A stretch of DNA of 64,000 bases from Haliotis rubra (taxonomy: Eukaryota), in assembly GCF_003918875.1 (NCBI RefSeq), contig NW_025765514.1:682001-746000 (forward strand), read 5' to 3'. Made by a program: the position numbers and the translations under genes. The notes under the pieces are model-generated. The model worked only from the letters and a program-made list of their open reading frames with translations, did no database searches and had not been told where the DNA came from. The stretch's first letter is position 1, and each line of letters begins with the position of its first letter. Positions 50,201-63,437 of this stretch are shown here, piece after piece.

Positions 50201-50483
50201 ACATAAAGCCTTGCAGCCTATCGGGAATACACATGATTGTTGTTACTAGTTGAGCAAGCCCTCAATGATATCTAGACATAAAGCCTTGCAGCCTATCGGG
50301 AATACACATGATTGTTGTTACTAGTTGAGCAAGCCCTCAGTGATATCTAAACATAAAGCCTTGCAGCCTATCGGGAATACACATGATTGTTGTTACTAGT
50401 TGAGCAAGCCCTCAATGATATCTAAACATAAAGCTTTGCAGCCTATCGGGAATACACGAAAAAATAGGCTTGCTACGCCCCTG
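47232..50483 (+). mobile_element. hAT5-like MITE carrying about 42 tandem copies of a 76-bp internal unit
   Basis: Perfect 12-bp TIR CAGGGGCGTAGC/GCTACGCCCCTG; flanks TGTGT/TGTAT; homologous to the monomer at 1250-1393. Confidence 0.9.
47275..50457. repeat. 76-bp satellite array
   Basis: Unit catga(c/t)tgttgttaacaagttgagcaagccctcaatgatatctaaacataaagc(c/t)ttgcagcctatcgggaataca. Confidence 0.98.
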
Positions 50484-52344
50484 TGTATGTATTTGGGGAA
50501 TAAGTGAGTAGGGTCTATTGCCCCTTGGAATTACTGTTACAAGACGGGAAGAAAGACCAAAATAAAGCTGGTCACAGACGTTTATGACACGGTTGGGAGC
50601 TGGTAAACCTTCTAAACACATTCAGGGCAAATCTGGAAACAACCCACGATCACGGGTTCCAGTCGTAACCAAAGGACGTTACTCGGTATAACGAATTGCG
50701 GCTGTTACCATATGGACAGTGAATGTAAAAGTTTTAAAAACAAAAGCCGTCGAAATTGATATTGATCCATATTGATTTCATTTGTTTACAGTATATGTTA
50801 CCACTGTGGTGATTCTGGACGAGACGAGGACGAAGAAGTGGATTGGGTGGAGTCCGGTGGACAGTCTCTGTGGACTTCGGTGACTGGGTGCCACTGGCCA
50901 CGACCTGAACCTCTCAATCGCCATGACGAAAATGGAACATTGCCGAGTGGGGTGTAACCCACACAACACATGATTACAGGTGCTAGGTGGGAGTCTGTAG
51001 ACTGTCGTAATCTATAGCACGCAGTGACTCACCGGTTTGGAAGGCGTCTTTCAGTAACAAGAAACCAAATCGACTGTCGGATCAGGCTTAATAATAGAGG
51101 AGAAACACAAATGAATACGTTCAACCAGGTTTTTGTTGCTGTTTCTTGTAAACAGAGAAGGTTAGTGCAAAGAGGGTAGTTTAACATAAACACCACACCA
51201 CGAGGAATAGATGTAAATGTGGCAGATGTATTTTAGTGTAAATATATTATTTTAATCTTATTATTCTCTCCCTTTAGCTATGTTATCAATAGGCACTTTA
51301 ACGGTTAAAGCTTTAGAGCTTGGCCTCTCTCACTAATTGCCCAAGCCATGACGCTTCTCGGCTGATTGGTCTCACTAACTCCATGCACAATTTCTCTCAT
51401 TCTGCACCGACTCTTGCCACGTGAACACAGCTTGGACAGACACACAGTGTAACATTAAGGTTAGTATTTGTTGTAATTAAAGTAATATTGCATTTAATCC
51501 TTGAATTATATATATATAATAAACGTATATCTATTTACTATCATTTAAATAGGTATTAAATTGTATAGCATGTAAGTGTGCTATATGTAATTATGCTAGC
51601 TTTCCAATCCTAAGCTATAAACATAAATAAGTATCACTAATATATTCTTATCTTTACTATCCCCTTTCACTGAATGTGTGAGATGAGAGAATGTGTTTTA
51701 ATATAAGTTGCTGTTTTAACTATGATAACTATAAGTATAATTATCAATGTGTGGAAATAATTTTATGTTCATGAATATAGCCCTAAACCTACTCCACATT
51801 ACCTTTCATATTATATTTATTATTTTTTATAACAGATACGTCCCCGTCCATAAGACTGGTGCTGTGCCTGATTGTTGTACACCCTTGTACCACCCACAGG
51901 GTGTGTATATGTCTTTTTATATCCATGTATTGTATATAGTACCATCACGTAATGCGTGGTGATGAAACGTGTATATTATTATTACGACTAAAGCGTAATG
52001 GTGTATTATTACCAATCTTGTGTGTATTACATTGTATGCATGTATTATCATTACATTATACGTAATGATGTAATTTCATAATTCCCATATTCCATATATG
52101 TAGTAAGTAATGGTTATTCATACTTTGAGTAACTACAGTATTATTGGTAATTATCTATATGTATAAAACCCTTGTATGGAATTATATTGATCTTGTATGA
52201 ATTGTGTAAGATGTATAGTATATTATTATATTTATTGTTACAGGGTGTCGGTTTATCAGTCCTCATCCTACAGAAATACATAACCTCACACCCCAGCAGA
52301 GTGTTGGTAAGCTTTGCCTCACGTTGACCCTGCCATATAAACAC

Positions 52345-52894
52345 AGCTATATGGCGTCGGTCTGTAAATAATCGCGTCTGGACCAGACAATCGAGTGATC
52401 GGAAGCATGAGCATGGAACTACGCATGGGATACGATGAAAAGTGTCAACCAAGTCCACCCGATCTCCTTAGTCCAGGTGTATGAAGGCAGTATCTAAATA
52501 ATCGAGTTTGTACAGACAATACAATGTTTGACAGCACGATCATCGACCCACGTAATAGGTATTGGATGGTGACTAACAACAATTCTCAGCCGGACCTTCA
52601 CGGGCAGTCCTGAACACAGGACGCGCACTGTGGGCAACACCTCCACTTCAGAAATAAGATTGGTTGGTTGGTTTGTTGTTTAACGCCGCACTCAGCAATA
52701 TTCCAGCTATATGGCGGCGGTCTGTAAATAATCGAGTCCGGACCAGACAATCCAGTGACCAACATGAGCATCGATCTACGCAATTGGGATATGATGACAT
52801 GTGTCAACCAAGTCAGTGAGCCTGACCACCCGATCCCATTAGTCCCCTATACAAGCATGGGTTGGTGTAGACCAATTCTGAAGATGTTCACGGG
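52345..52894 (-). mobile_element. Cluster of three SINE B copies (52345-52470 and 52490-52604 degenerate; 52661-52894 near intact)
   Basis: Repeated gctatatggc...tgtaaataatcg...ggaccagacaatc; 5' ends ttcacggg at 52604 and 52894. Confidence 0.85.
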
Positions 52895-54814
52895 CATGAT
52901 AAATAAGACAGACCAGGCCGATATCTCAAATAGTTTAATTGTCAAACACATTCGTAGCAACAAGAACAACCCAACGGTAACCAGTTGTCTCATATATATA
53001 CAAATACACGGTACTGCATGTCTGGTAAACTAGGTAAGACACGTGTGAGACAAAGGGCGTGGAGAAAGGGGGAGGCATGGGGTGAACACAGAGGATACAA
53101 CACCACCAGTAACAGCACTCGACTCCGTCGTTTCATCAAAAGTCGCATCACCGACACGAACAGAAAGAAAGACATTTTCTCAAAATGTCCAGAAACGATT
53201 TGAATATTATTTTGACATGATTTGATTTAAAAACAATGTTATAGCAAATGCTAAATGAACTAAGATTTGAGAGTTAAAAAACTAAACGTTTGAATATAAT
53301 CCAAACTAAGATTAGAGAGTATGGAACTAAATTATCCGTAACATGCATTAGCGTCATTTGAAACAATCATACTGATTTCATATTGCTATAGTTAATCATT
53401 TGAAAAACTCGGCTGTGTATTGTTTTACTTAATGATTATCATAACCAGGAGACGGTGTTCTGACTGGTGGTGTAACGTGTAAGGCCACAATACCATAATG
53501 ATTACATATGTACAGATGCTCAGTGTGGCGGTGGAGGGGATGACTTTACAGGGGGAAGCTAGAGCGGGTATACTGATAGATTCTCATACATTCATTGCAT
53601 GAAGTCAAATCAACGTCGCCAAATTTACCTGTCACAATAATGACCAATTGCGTATAAATCTCATGACGAAAAATAAACCCAAGATAAATGGTTTAAGATT
53701 CAAACACTCATACAAACATTGATATAAATACATGAATTCAAATAAAATGTATATTTTTCAGTGGCTAATGGAGAAAAATGGCAAGGTTGAAGAGTGCGTT
53801 TGATGAGACCCAACATGTGGGGAAATATCGACTGATCATGTGTTCATGAACAGCGTACGTTGTTGAACGGTTCGAGGAGGTTTAGTCCACACACGTTTGT
53901 GCTTCCTGTCCACGTAGTGGACATATGGGAGAAAGGCATTCACGTCCACTAGTGCAACAACGATCACGGTTTGATGAACACTATGATCAAGGAGTTTTGA
54001 TTCTTTAGTAGCGTCAGCATGTGGGCTTGTTCTCCGGTGATGGAAGTGTAAGCCGTTTTAAGCAGTACCCCCATCACGAAGGGTACTTGGCGAAATCCTG
54101 CTTGATCAGTCATGACAGGTTATCATCTATATAAACACATGTTCTAGGAAGGCCTTGCTCTCTTGTAACCCTAATGGTTCAGGTACACACTTCGTTCACG
54201 TTGGAAATCCGGCACGGAAATATCAACCAGTACCTCATCCTAAGGTACATGTATAACCTGTGCGGGTAAATAACCGTCACAAAACTGGTATGTTTAGAGC
54301 TTGTATGATAATGAGGACGGGCCAGTTTAGTTTTTCTACATATGAAACGGTGTACTGAGCCACTGCGGTATATTTCTTTGAATAGTGAAGTGTTCTCCAT
54401 GTGCCACAAGTGTCTACTGAACAGTAGGCCGTCTACATTAACTGCATGCACAATGGTGACAAAGGTCTGCATGCATATCAGTGGCAGGTTACATTAATCT
54501 GTAATATTCTGCAGGCATGATGGTGACCGGGTTGATTATGTTTTGCATTCATAAAGATGACTACTTGATGTATGCACTGCACGAATATGTTAGATAGTGG
54601 TGTGTGAGATGCATGAATGTTGATGGAAGATATGATTGTTAAACATGTGCTGCATGCATTAACATGGGTTGGATTGTATGTGTTCTGCATGCATGTTGAT
54701 GGGAGACATGATTGTAAGGTGCTTGCTGCGTCATAATGTGTGTAGAGTTGGAGTGTCACATTTACAGCATGCATGTGGATGTTAGAATGGACAGTACTAT
54801 TGTGCAAGGTTGAT

Positions 54815-55115
54815 GAATGAACTGTTCTGCATGCATGGTCAATGAATGCACTGTTCTGCATGCATGGTCAATGAATGCACTGTTCTGCATGCATGTTCTA
54901 TGAATGTGCTGTTCTGCATGCATGGTGCACTGTTCTGCATGCATGTTCTATGAATGTGCTGTTCTGCATGCATGGTCATTGATTGTTCTGATGTGCTGTT
55001 CTGAATGCATGTTCTGTTCTGCATGCATGTTCAATGAATGAATGAAGATGGAAGGCCGGATTGTCATTCTTTCCTACATGCATGTTCATGGAGGCTGGAT
55101 TTGTTCTGCATGCAT
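54815..55115. repeat. Degenerate tandem repeat, about 28 bp, TGTTCTGCATGCATG core
   Basis: gaatgcactgttctgcatgcatggtcaat and variants. Confidence 0.8.
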
Positions 55116-58020
55116 AATGTTAGCCTGGATACTCTGTCCTCCGTGTTCTGTAAACCAGGGATGGTGTGATTGAACTGTGACATGCTGACTGAAGACCCTC
55201 ACAAAGGAGGTATTGGAATGTCAGTTGCTGCCTATGATTTCGTCTGAGATTATTAGCCAAGACAACATGTTCACAATACACTGCTGTCTTGCTTCAGACA
55301 AAGACAGTGTCTTAATAGGCATGCATTCAACAAGGTACCAACAAAACGTCCCTACTCTAAAAATGACACAAGTCTAAACAGCACACCATTTGTACAATGT
55401 GTTTTGAATCTTGTTCACTGTGAACTGACAATGCTTTGTGGGGAGTTATGTACAATTATTATGAACACAAATCTACTCATATACAAGATATACCCAGAAA
55501 CAACCATCTCCTTGACATAAAATCAATCACATAATAAAATACTATAGCATGAGTGCAATGATGTTTTTGTGTTAAAATATTCAATAAAATATATCTGACA
55601 CCACTCTGTAGACTAATAAACGGGCCTCTTGCATCGTGATTGCTGAGCATACAAACACATATGTACATATATTTCTGGTAATCGTGGGAGTAATGATATT
55701 GCTTCACTAGGAACATTTCCACAAAGCGAAAGACTGAACACACTTGGATCACAGGTAAAACACAACAAGATAGTGGATGTGGTGGACATGGGTATAAATT
55801 ATGCTGCTATATGGGGAGGAAGAGGGTTGACTATACAAGGACAGTGTTCACTAAGTATAGCTTTAAATGCATCATGTTACTGGTAGGACAACAGAAGGAC
55901 TATCTTCTGAAGTTTGGGTGTGACCAACACCCCACAGATCTAACTTTACATAATAAACAATTGCACAAAGAGCAACTCCTTGAAGACAGGCTTCTCATTA
56001 CTTTGGGATGATCAATGGTTCAATTGGAATAACTGATTCATGATAACTAATTAACAATCATACACAAAACATATTCAATCATACTGTATGCTGTAGATGA
56101 AACAAGGTTCACATGTGTATCAAATCTATTTCAAGACTTTGTCACAGTTCATTAACCACTATCTCAGTACCACTTAAACAAGTTGGGAATTCTAGTCCAT
56201 AACAAAGCTATATATCGGGTTCTGACAAGGTGTTGCCTTGTTATATGTGCTCAGCCACTACCAAAGTGAATGGTGTCTAGGGATCTAGTGAAACTTCACC
56301 ACAATTCTAGTTGCATAAACTTTGGATAGATGCGCCCTGGATTCGCATTGCATAACACAATATCGAAAACTATGTTGACCTAACCGTCTCAGCTTATGAG
56401 TCACTTTCAATTAAGAACCCAAGCACCTATAGTCTAAACCTTTCAGTCAGTAATATATGACACCTCTTCAGATCTCCTATTATGTCTGTCTTGAAAATAA
56501 TTCCAAAGGCTATACAAACAAAATAAATATTTATAACAATCTTCAACTTGAAATACCTTTTACAATACCCACTTTTAGGTGCTGAGCGGCTGAATAAAGA
56601 AAACCCTTGTGCTTATTGTGTATGTAGAGTTCCTCAGTCAGGAATATAGGGCTTACCTGCTAAATCCATTTGATATCACAAGTTATAGCCACCTAAAACC
56701 TCTCTGCTTTATATATTCCTGGTCTGTCCACCTTATTGCTTGTACATCACCATGGCAGTGTTATATATATACACAGATCTCATCACAGCACATTACCAGA
56801 CCGACACAAGCAATCTTTTGTTATCCATTAGCCCCAAGTCTGTGTTGCAACTTTCTGTTGTCATAATACAACCATAATAGGTTTCAAAATGTACAGTTTT
56901 CATAACAAAACAATAAGTTTGGGTGACTTGAATTCCACTAACAAATTCATTGTTCAGTCACCTGAAACATACATACTCTAACACACTGACCGCTTGACCT
57001 GGTAATAATAATGTTATGCAAAGAGCATTAACTGTGAGTGGATACAATGCATTAAAATTTGTCTTGTTACCATTTCTGGCACAACTTGGTTCGGCAAATC
57101 TGGAAACCATAGTGTGCCACAATATCCCATTTCGGAGATGATATGACACTAAAATTGTCCGTCCACAAGAACAGTACTGAACATATTTATAGGTGGTAAG
57201 CTGGAATAGAGGGGTTCCTTGAGTGTAGTACACCTGTATAGAGCATGTATTGCACTTCCTGTAGTCACTGATGAGTTTCAGGTGATCATAGATGTAACAG
57301 TTCCTGAGGTACCGCAGTTGCTGGCATCCAATGAACTAAAGAACATCGAGATGCCGAACTTACCATTATTGACACAATGCAAGTGGGTGCCCCCAAGGAA
57401 CCCTTTGGCTCTAGCCAGCTATAGAATGGTAGACACCAGGGTTTGTCTGCACTGAGAGATTCTCTACATTATGTACATGATATCACCAAAAATTAAATAC
57501 TCAAAACATGTAATCATATAAAACTAATTGATCCCAACATTCAATAAACTCTGAACTAAAATTTCAATTGTCCTCATAAAAAGAGATTAATTCATACATT
57601 CAGAAGCTTTCTGCATGTACATGAACATAAAAAATAAATTAACGTATAAAACTGATAAACAATAAACAAGGATGAAGGAAATGACGCAGACAATACAAAC
57701 ACACCTGTACACACCTGGGCACATCCAGGTGTCTACATCCAACACATCTTAGTGTCATGTGTACACAAATTCTGTATTCTATTCTGTTCAAGACAATTTC
57801 TGCAAATATTTTGGCATTGGCACTACCTTAGTTTTGTTGTGGCAGTACCACAAAGCCGTTTGATCAATTACCATTCTAAAGATTGTTACTTTGGGATATT
57901 TTTAAAAGCTGTATCATTTGTTTCTAATCAATCTTAACCAAATAATGACATAAAATTTTGCCCCTGAGTTTGTTGACACAGTCACATACCCTTGATAATC
58001 ACATGATCTATCCTCACTCC

Positions 58021-58105
58021 TGACTGACTGAGTTTGGTTTTTGCCCCTTTTAGCAATATTCAAGCAATATCAAGGCGGTGGACACCAGATATGGGCTTCA
58101 CACAT
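58021..58105 (-). mobile_element. SINE family A, 3' fragment
   Basis: gactgactgagtttgg...gcaatatt...ggacaccagatatgggcttcacac. Confidence 0.8.
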
Positions 58106-59491
58106 GATATATCTTCACACTGTGGGTGTTAACATTAATCTAATGTATTATCATGATCATATTGTCAACAAATTGTCATCCAGACATGCCTGATATTTTG
58201 ACAACCATGACATCACTCTGACATAATGTAAACAGTGCATTGACCACTGCAGACAATCTACTGGAACAGCACAGAGTAAAAAAATGTGACATACCAAAAA
58301 ATCACATTGTTGGTGTCAATCATCAGTGTTCACATCTTGATAAACACCGAGATCAAGCTGTGAAGATATTCATTAAGAACTGTTATTTTGAGACACCACA
58401 TCACACAAACACACTAGGGCGTGGTCTTCACCCACCCCCTCTGCACTCAGGCATACACATGATTTTTAGGAGACAGTTCAGATCTAGGGAAAAAGTGCAG
58501 TGTCAGCACGTGCTGATTCAGGTCTCTTTGATCATATTCTGTGAGTATGTTCTAGACATTTACCATGTAACCATGGCAACAACTACACATTCTGCATTAT
58601 TCATAATACAAAGAATATCTATTGTGTTGCTGGGCTGCAAAAGAGCCATTTTTTCTATAAATATATTTTAAACTAATGTCACATGTCTAGAAACTTTTTA
58701 GATTTATGAAAGTATTGTATCACATTGGACATCTCATAAATAATATATGGCACTGCTCAGAATGCACGAATTATACAAATATGCCACTAAACTTTTGAAA
58801 AGGATATTATTCACCTTCCATGATATACAAAAATGGTTTTCATTACATTACAAGTGCTTATATAAAAAGAATGATATATATGGTTGTCCCTCCCAAAGGT
58901 TGAATATATTAAAGGTTTTAACATAAAAAGTCTCCTAATTTCTTAAGCAATATAGGCTACAAACTATTCCACAAACATTCATACAAATAGAAAGACTTAT
59001 TCAAAAACTTCAATTTGTGGTTTACGTTACCATAGAAATGTATGAACATTTGCTGCTAAATGGGTGTTTTAGCATCAGGACTACGGTAATGTAGTTTGGC
59101 ATGGAAGAAAACGTAAGTTCAACATAACAATTAATTGTTGACTTCTACCAAGATGTACCAAGACGTTTCAATCTTCATCACCTCAGGAGAGATGTCTTTA
59201 CCTTGAGAGACATCAGACTCATCTACTTGGGACACTGTGATGAACGTCTTGCACAGCATCTGTGTACATGGAATAAGGCAGGTAGACACTCTCACCATTC
59301 AAACACTGAAACATGCTGTCCTCCAAACGAAGGCAGCTGCAATACTGAAAAGGTCCTTGATAAAAATGTATTGCACACTGTGCCCCCCAAGGGGAGGTGT
59401 GGGTCCTATTGGTCGAGATGTGAAGGTTATGCTGTCGTCGCGAACTCACACTCGATGGTCCAGTACCGGTCACTAAACTCAGGGTCAGTTC

Positions 59492-59678
59492 TCAAGATGG
59501 GTTTTTAAGCATTCTCTTTTGCCTAAAGTCATACACCTGTCGACATACGAACACTGTGGATGGGTCGACGTCAACTCCTGGCATACGATGGAGGATAGGA
59601 TTATCTCCTTCCATGTCAGGAACTACTTTAGATCGTACACAAGCATGCTGATCACTTCGGGAGACTTCCGCTCGGTAC
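59492..59678 (-). CDS. BAHD1: BAHD1 orthologue, last coding exon
   Basis: Acceptor ctgtctgcag|G; reads (R)YRAEVSRSDQ...VDPSTVFVCRQVYDFRQKRMLKNPS*, matching the BAHD1 C-terminal VFxCRxVYDFR..R.LKNP; missed by the ORF track. Confidence 0.9.
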
Positions 59679-59867
59679 CTGCAGACAGAAAAGGTAAAGT
59701 GAGCATCCTTCTGTCACAGTATTATAAAACATCAAACACTGCTGTGTTGAAATTGCAGATGTCTGAAAGTTAAAAGTTTGATTATTGCGTATTCCATATT
59801 TACCCATTATTTTGCATTGTGGAGAACCTCTGCATTATGGAGAACCTCTGATTGACATATTATACAA

Positions 59868-60977
59868 GTGAGTGAGTGAGTTTAGTTTTTTCGCCACTTT
59901 TAGCAATATTCCACATATCATATGTACACATTGTACCCATGTGGGGAATCGAACCGGGTTATCAACTTTGAAGCTGACTTACCCGGACATTAATCAAGTT
60001 GAAAATATTAAAAGTGACATTCTATTATACCATTGTTTGTGAGTGAGTGAGTTTGAACATGTTTTACAGTCTAAACCACAGGAAGTAAATATTTTTAGCA
60101 ATATTCCAGCCATATCAGCCGGACGGGGGGGACACCAGAAATGGGCTTCACACATTGTACCCATATGGGGAATTAAACCCGGGTCTTTGGCATGACAAGC
60201 AAACGCCTTAACCACTAGGCTACCCCATTGCCCCACTATTACGCAAGGACTGACTGACTGAGTTTGGTTTTACGCCGCTTTTAGCAATATTCCAGCAACA
60301 TCACGCCAGGGGACACCAGAAATGGGCTTCACACATTGTGCCCATGTGGGGATTCGAACCCGGGTCTTCGGCGTGACGAGCCAACGCTTTAACCACTAGG
60401 CTACCCCACCGCCCCTATTACGCAAGGATATGTGTGTGTGTGTGTCTATATATATATATATATGACTGAGTATATGATTCTTAACCATGGAAACTGATGC
60501 ACTGATAAATAGACACACTATCTATAACTGTTTGTTGGTAACTCCGCATTCAGCAATATGATCTTGATGATAGTGACCTGTAAATATTCAAACATGGTGT
60601 ACACAAACCAGCGATTGATGTTATCTGCAACATCTATAGTGTACAATGACCATTCAACAAAGACCCAGAGCCTGATCAACCAATCCTTAAACTCACCTCC
60701 AGCATAGGTTTCTGGGTGTGTGTTCACATCTGCAATCCCACTGGGAAAACACAGCATCGAACATTATTTCGTATATGTCAATGTTCAGTGTAGGATGCAG
60801 GCTAGATTTGAGGCAAGTTGGAGTGAGTTTAGTTTTATGCTGTTTTTAGCAATATTCCAGCAATATCACAGAAGGGACACCAGAAATGGGTTTCACACAT
60901 TGTGCCCATGTGGGGCATCAAACCCGGGTCTCCGGCACAGCGAGCGAACGCCTTACTACCAGGCTGCCCCACCACCC
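59868..60977 (-). mobile_element. Four intronic SINE A copies (59868-59958, about 60046-60235, 60249-60415, 60821-60977)
   Basis: Consensus matches; 60249-60415 has TSD ctattacgcaagga. Confidence 0.9.
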
Positions 60978-61031
60978 AAAGCAAGTAGACAAACCATTAC
61001 CACTATTTCAGTATTGTGATGGGGCTGACAC

Positions 61032-61404
61032 TAGGGCTGCGCAATATAACCGGTTTACCGGTTCAGATACGCTGATCGAAAACCGGTATTTTGACATGCA
61101 TTCTGAAAACTTCGTAACACTCGGAAATCTTCGGATATTTCCGTTTTTTTAGTTGTTCTTTTCCCTGTTTCATTTGTGCCAAATGTTACTTACATTTTTA
61201 TTTTGTCATGATTAAAAGTTTTTATAAAAGCTTAATCAATCAGTGATTTTGTTGTGTTTTTGCTTTATAATCAAGCATTAACTCGATTATAAGAAGTTTT
61301 TGTTAAAAAATAATCCTTGCAATATATTGCAATACATATCGCAATATATGCTTCCGCATCGCAATATATCGCAATATGAAAATTCTCTGCAATACCCACC
61401 CCTA
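61032..61404. mobile_element. hAT-superfamily MITE
   Basis: TAGGG...CCCTA ends, perfect 8-bp TSD GCTGACAC (61024-61031, 61405-61412), subterminal GCAATA repeats. Confidence 0.92.
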
Positions 61405-61761
61405 GCTGACACATTAATGCTCAATTGATGCCTGAGTCTACACAGAACGTTATCACAGCCATGAAGAAGAAAACACTGCAAGAAAGGCTGAAAGCATGAA
61501 GGAACGGTGACACAATGGAAGGGAGATAACTCTACCTGGTAGAAATTGTCTTCACATTTTACACATGGAATATCTTTGTCAATGTTTTGAAAGTCAGAAG
61601 ATTAGCTACGGATTAATTGAAATGTTGATTTATGGCAAAATAGTTTTTGGCATGTCTCAGAAAACTTATTGAATAGATTTGTTTGTTTCAGGATACAACC
61701 ATCTCAGTGCTTCAGTGGAGAGTGGATGGTTGGGGGTTTGATGTCATACTAAGAGACATTA

Positions 61762-62253
61762 CAGAGGCCCAGATAAGCTGCGTATCCGGGTAAAATACGC
61801 ATAGAAAGTTTCCAATTACGCATTGAAAAATAATTGTTGTGTATCAGTTACGCATTTAAAATGTTAGATACGCAAAAAGTTTAAATCAAATGCATACGGA
61901 ATATATTTATAAAAATTGCTTGCGTAATGAAAAAGACATCGATTGCTATCAAGTTGTACTGTTTGTATAGGACAAGTGTTGTACTGTCAGTATAGGATGA
62001 GTGATTTTTTATGAAATTATTTCCATTATATTTAAGTTGGTTTTGATTAGGTATGACATAAGGCAGAACATACCTGCTTAGTAAACTTACTCAATGACGT
62101 AATACTTAGGTGAGTAAAGTGACTGAAATACGCACATATTTGAAAGCAGTGGGTAACGGAAAATGAAATACCCACACAACATTCATAATACCCACTCCAA
62201 AAACATACAGTGGGTACAGTACCCACATGAGCTAAATCTTATCTGGAGCTCTG
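61762..62253. mobile_element. hAT5-like non-autonomous DNA transposon
   Basis: 16-bp TIR CAGAG(GC/CT)CCAGATAAG, perfect 5-bp TSD CATTA. Confidence 0.85.
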
Positions 62254-62399
62254 CATTAGAAGATGTTACTTTTGGAAGTCTTAAGGGGATTAAACCAGGT
62301 CTGGTTGGATCTGAGTCTGTATGGTGCATGCCACTTCCAAACCATACTTTACCTCACCTTTTATCTTTATACATTGTTTCATGAGAATCTTGTGCCTAC

Positions 62400-62568
62400 C
62401 TGCAATACTCGTTAAAGGTGAGCACATAGCCCTTGTCGTCAATGCAGGCAACACTGTTCTCATCCTTGTGCTTTGAAGCGAACACTTCACAGTCTACATG
62501 GTGTGGTTTACGGCCGATCTCTGTGTGTTCCGGACGGTAGTACCACAGTAAGCTCATCATCATCTCAC
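62400..62568 (-). CDS. BAHD1: BAHD1 orthologue, BAH domain exon
   Basis: ttacag|GT GAG ATG...TGC AG|gtagg; [14 protein letters not shown]...[30 protein letters not shown]; phases fit both neighbouring exons. Confidence 0.95.
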
Positions 62569-62906
62569 CTGTAACCATGGATACACAATGGATAGTCAAA
62601 AGATGATTTTCAATCGAGAACTCTCTATATTCAACAGTCATTGCAGCCAATATACAACAAACCTGATTCCATGTTTTTAGACACTCCAGCCCCAAAAGAC
62701 AGACAGTGCTATGAATCGCTGATATCCCAAAAGAGAATCTTTGCTTTGTTCAGCAAATTTTAACTTCACAATGATGATTAATTGGTTTGTTGTAGATCTA
62801 TTTATTAAGTGCTGTAAAATATTGTTTCGAACAGAGAATATCCTGCTTATATGATACTCTGGGATGAAAGATGTGACTTCTACCTACAAATTCATTATGA
62901 CTTATC

Positions 62907-63082
62907 TGACTGACTGACTGACTTGAGTTTGGTTTTTACGCCGCTTTTAGCAATATTCCAGCAACATCACGGCGGGGGACACCAGAAATGGGCTTCACAT
63001 ATTGTGCCCATGTGGGGATTCGAACCCGGGTCATCGTCGTGACGAGCCAACGCTTTAACCATTAGGCTACCCCACCGACCCC
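62907..63082 (-). mobile_element. SINE family A, young, intronic
   Basis: TSD ttatgacttatctg. Confidence 0.95.
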
Positions 63083-63274
63083 TTATGACTTATCTGCCAC
63101 CAAAGAACTCCGCAGCAATGAAAATATGCTTTGGTTGTGTTTCAAGTCATCTGTGATGGCCCAAGAGTGTTTTATGCGCATATTAAACTTGCAGATATGA
63201 GTACTAGTGTCTCTAGTGACATGTATCTATCATTACAAAGATACATTTTAGGATCAATCAGAACAAATACTGAC

Positions 63275-63437
63275 TGTCATCGGGATGTTCCCAAAGAGCA
63301 GAAACTTTGGCTACAAATGGAATGTCTTTCTTTCTTGGTCCAGATCGTAGTAGCACACAGTCTCTCACTCGGATGATATCCCCACTGCTGTGTCTAATGG
63401 CTGGGTAACTCTTCCTCTTGACCGGTGGGGAGTCCCC
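63275..63437 (-). CDS. BAHD1: BAHD1 orthologue, first BAH domain exon (gene continues beyond the window)
   Basis: tttcag|GGG...GAC A|gtcagt; [48 protein letters not shown] matches the BAHD1 IRVRDxVLLxSGPRK..PxVAKxSALWE motif. Confidence 0.93.

Noticed and set aside
47275-50457. CRISPR-like regular repeats (also 1895-2397, 6390-11295, 32100-33682)
   Set aside because: Head-to-tail tandem units with no unique spacers, no cas genes, eukaryotic context.
53780-54470. Possible viral or Polinton-like coding relic
   Set aside because: Only short interrupted frames with no motif I can identify.
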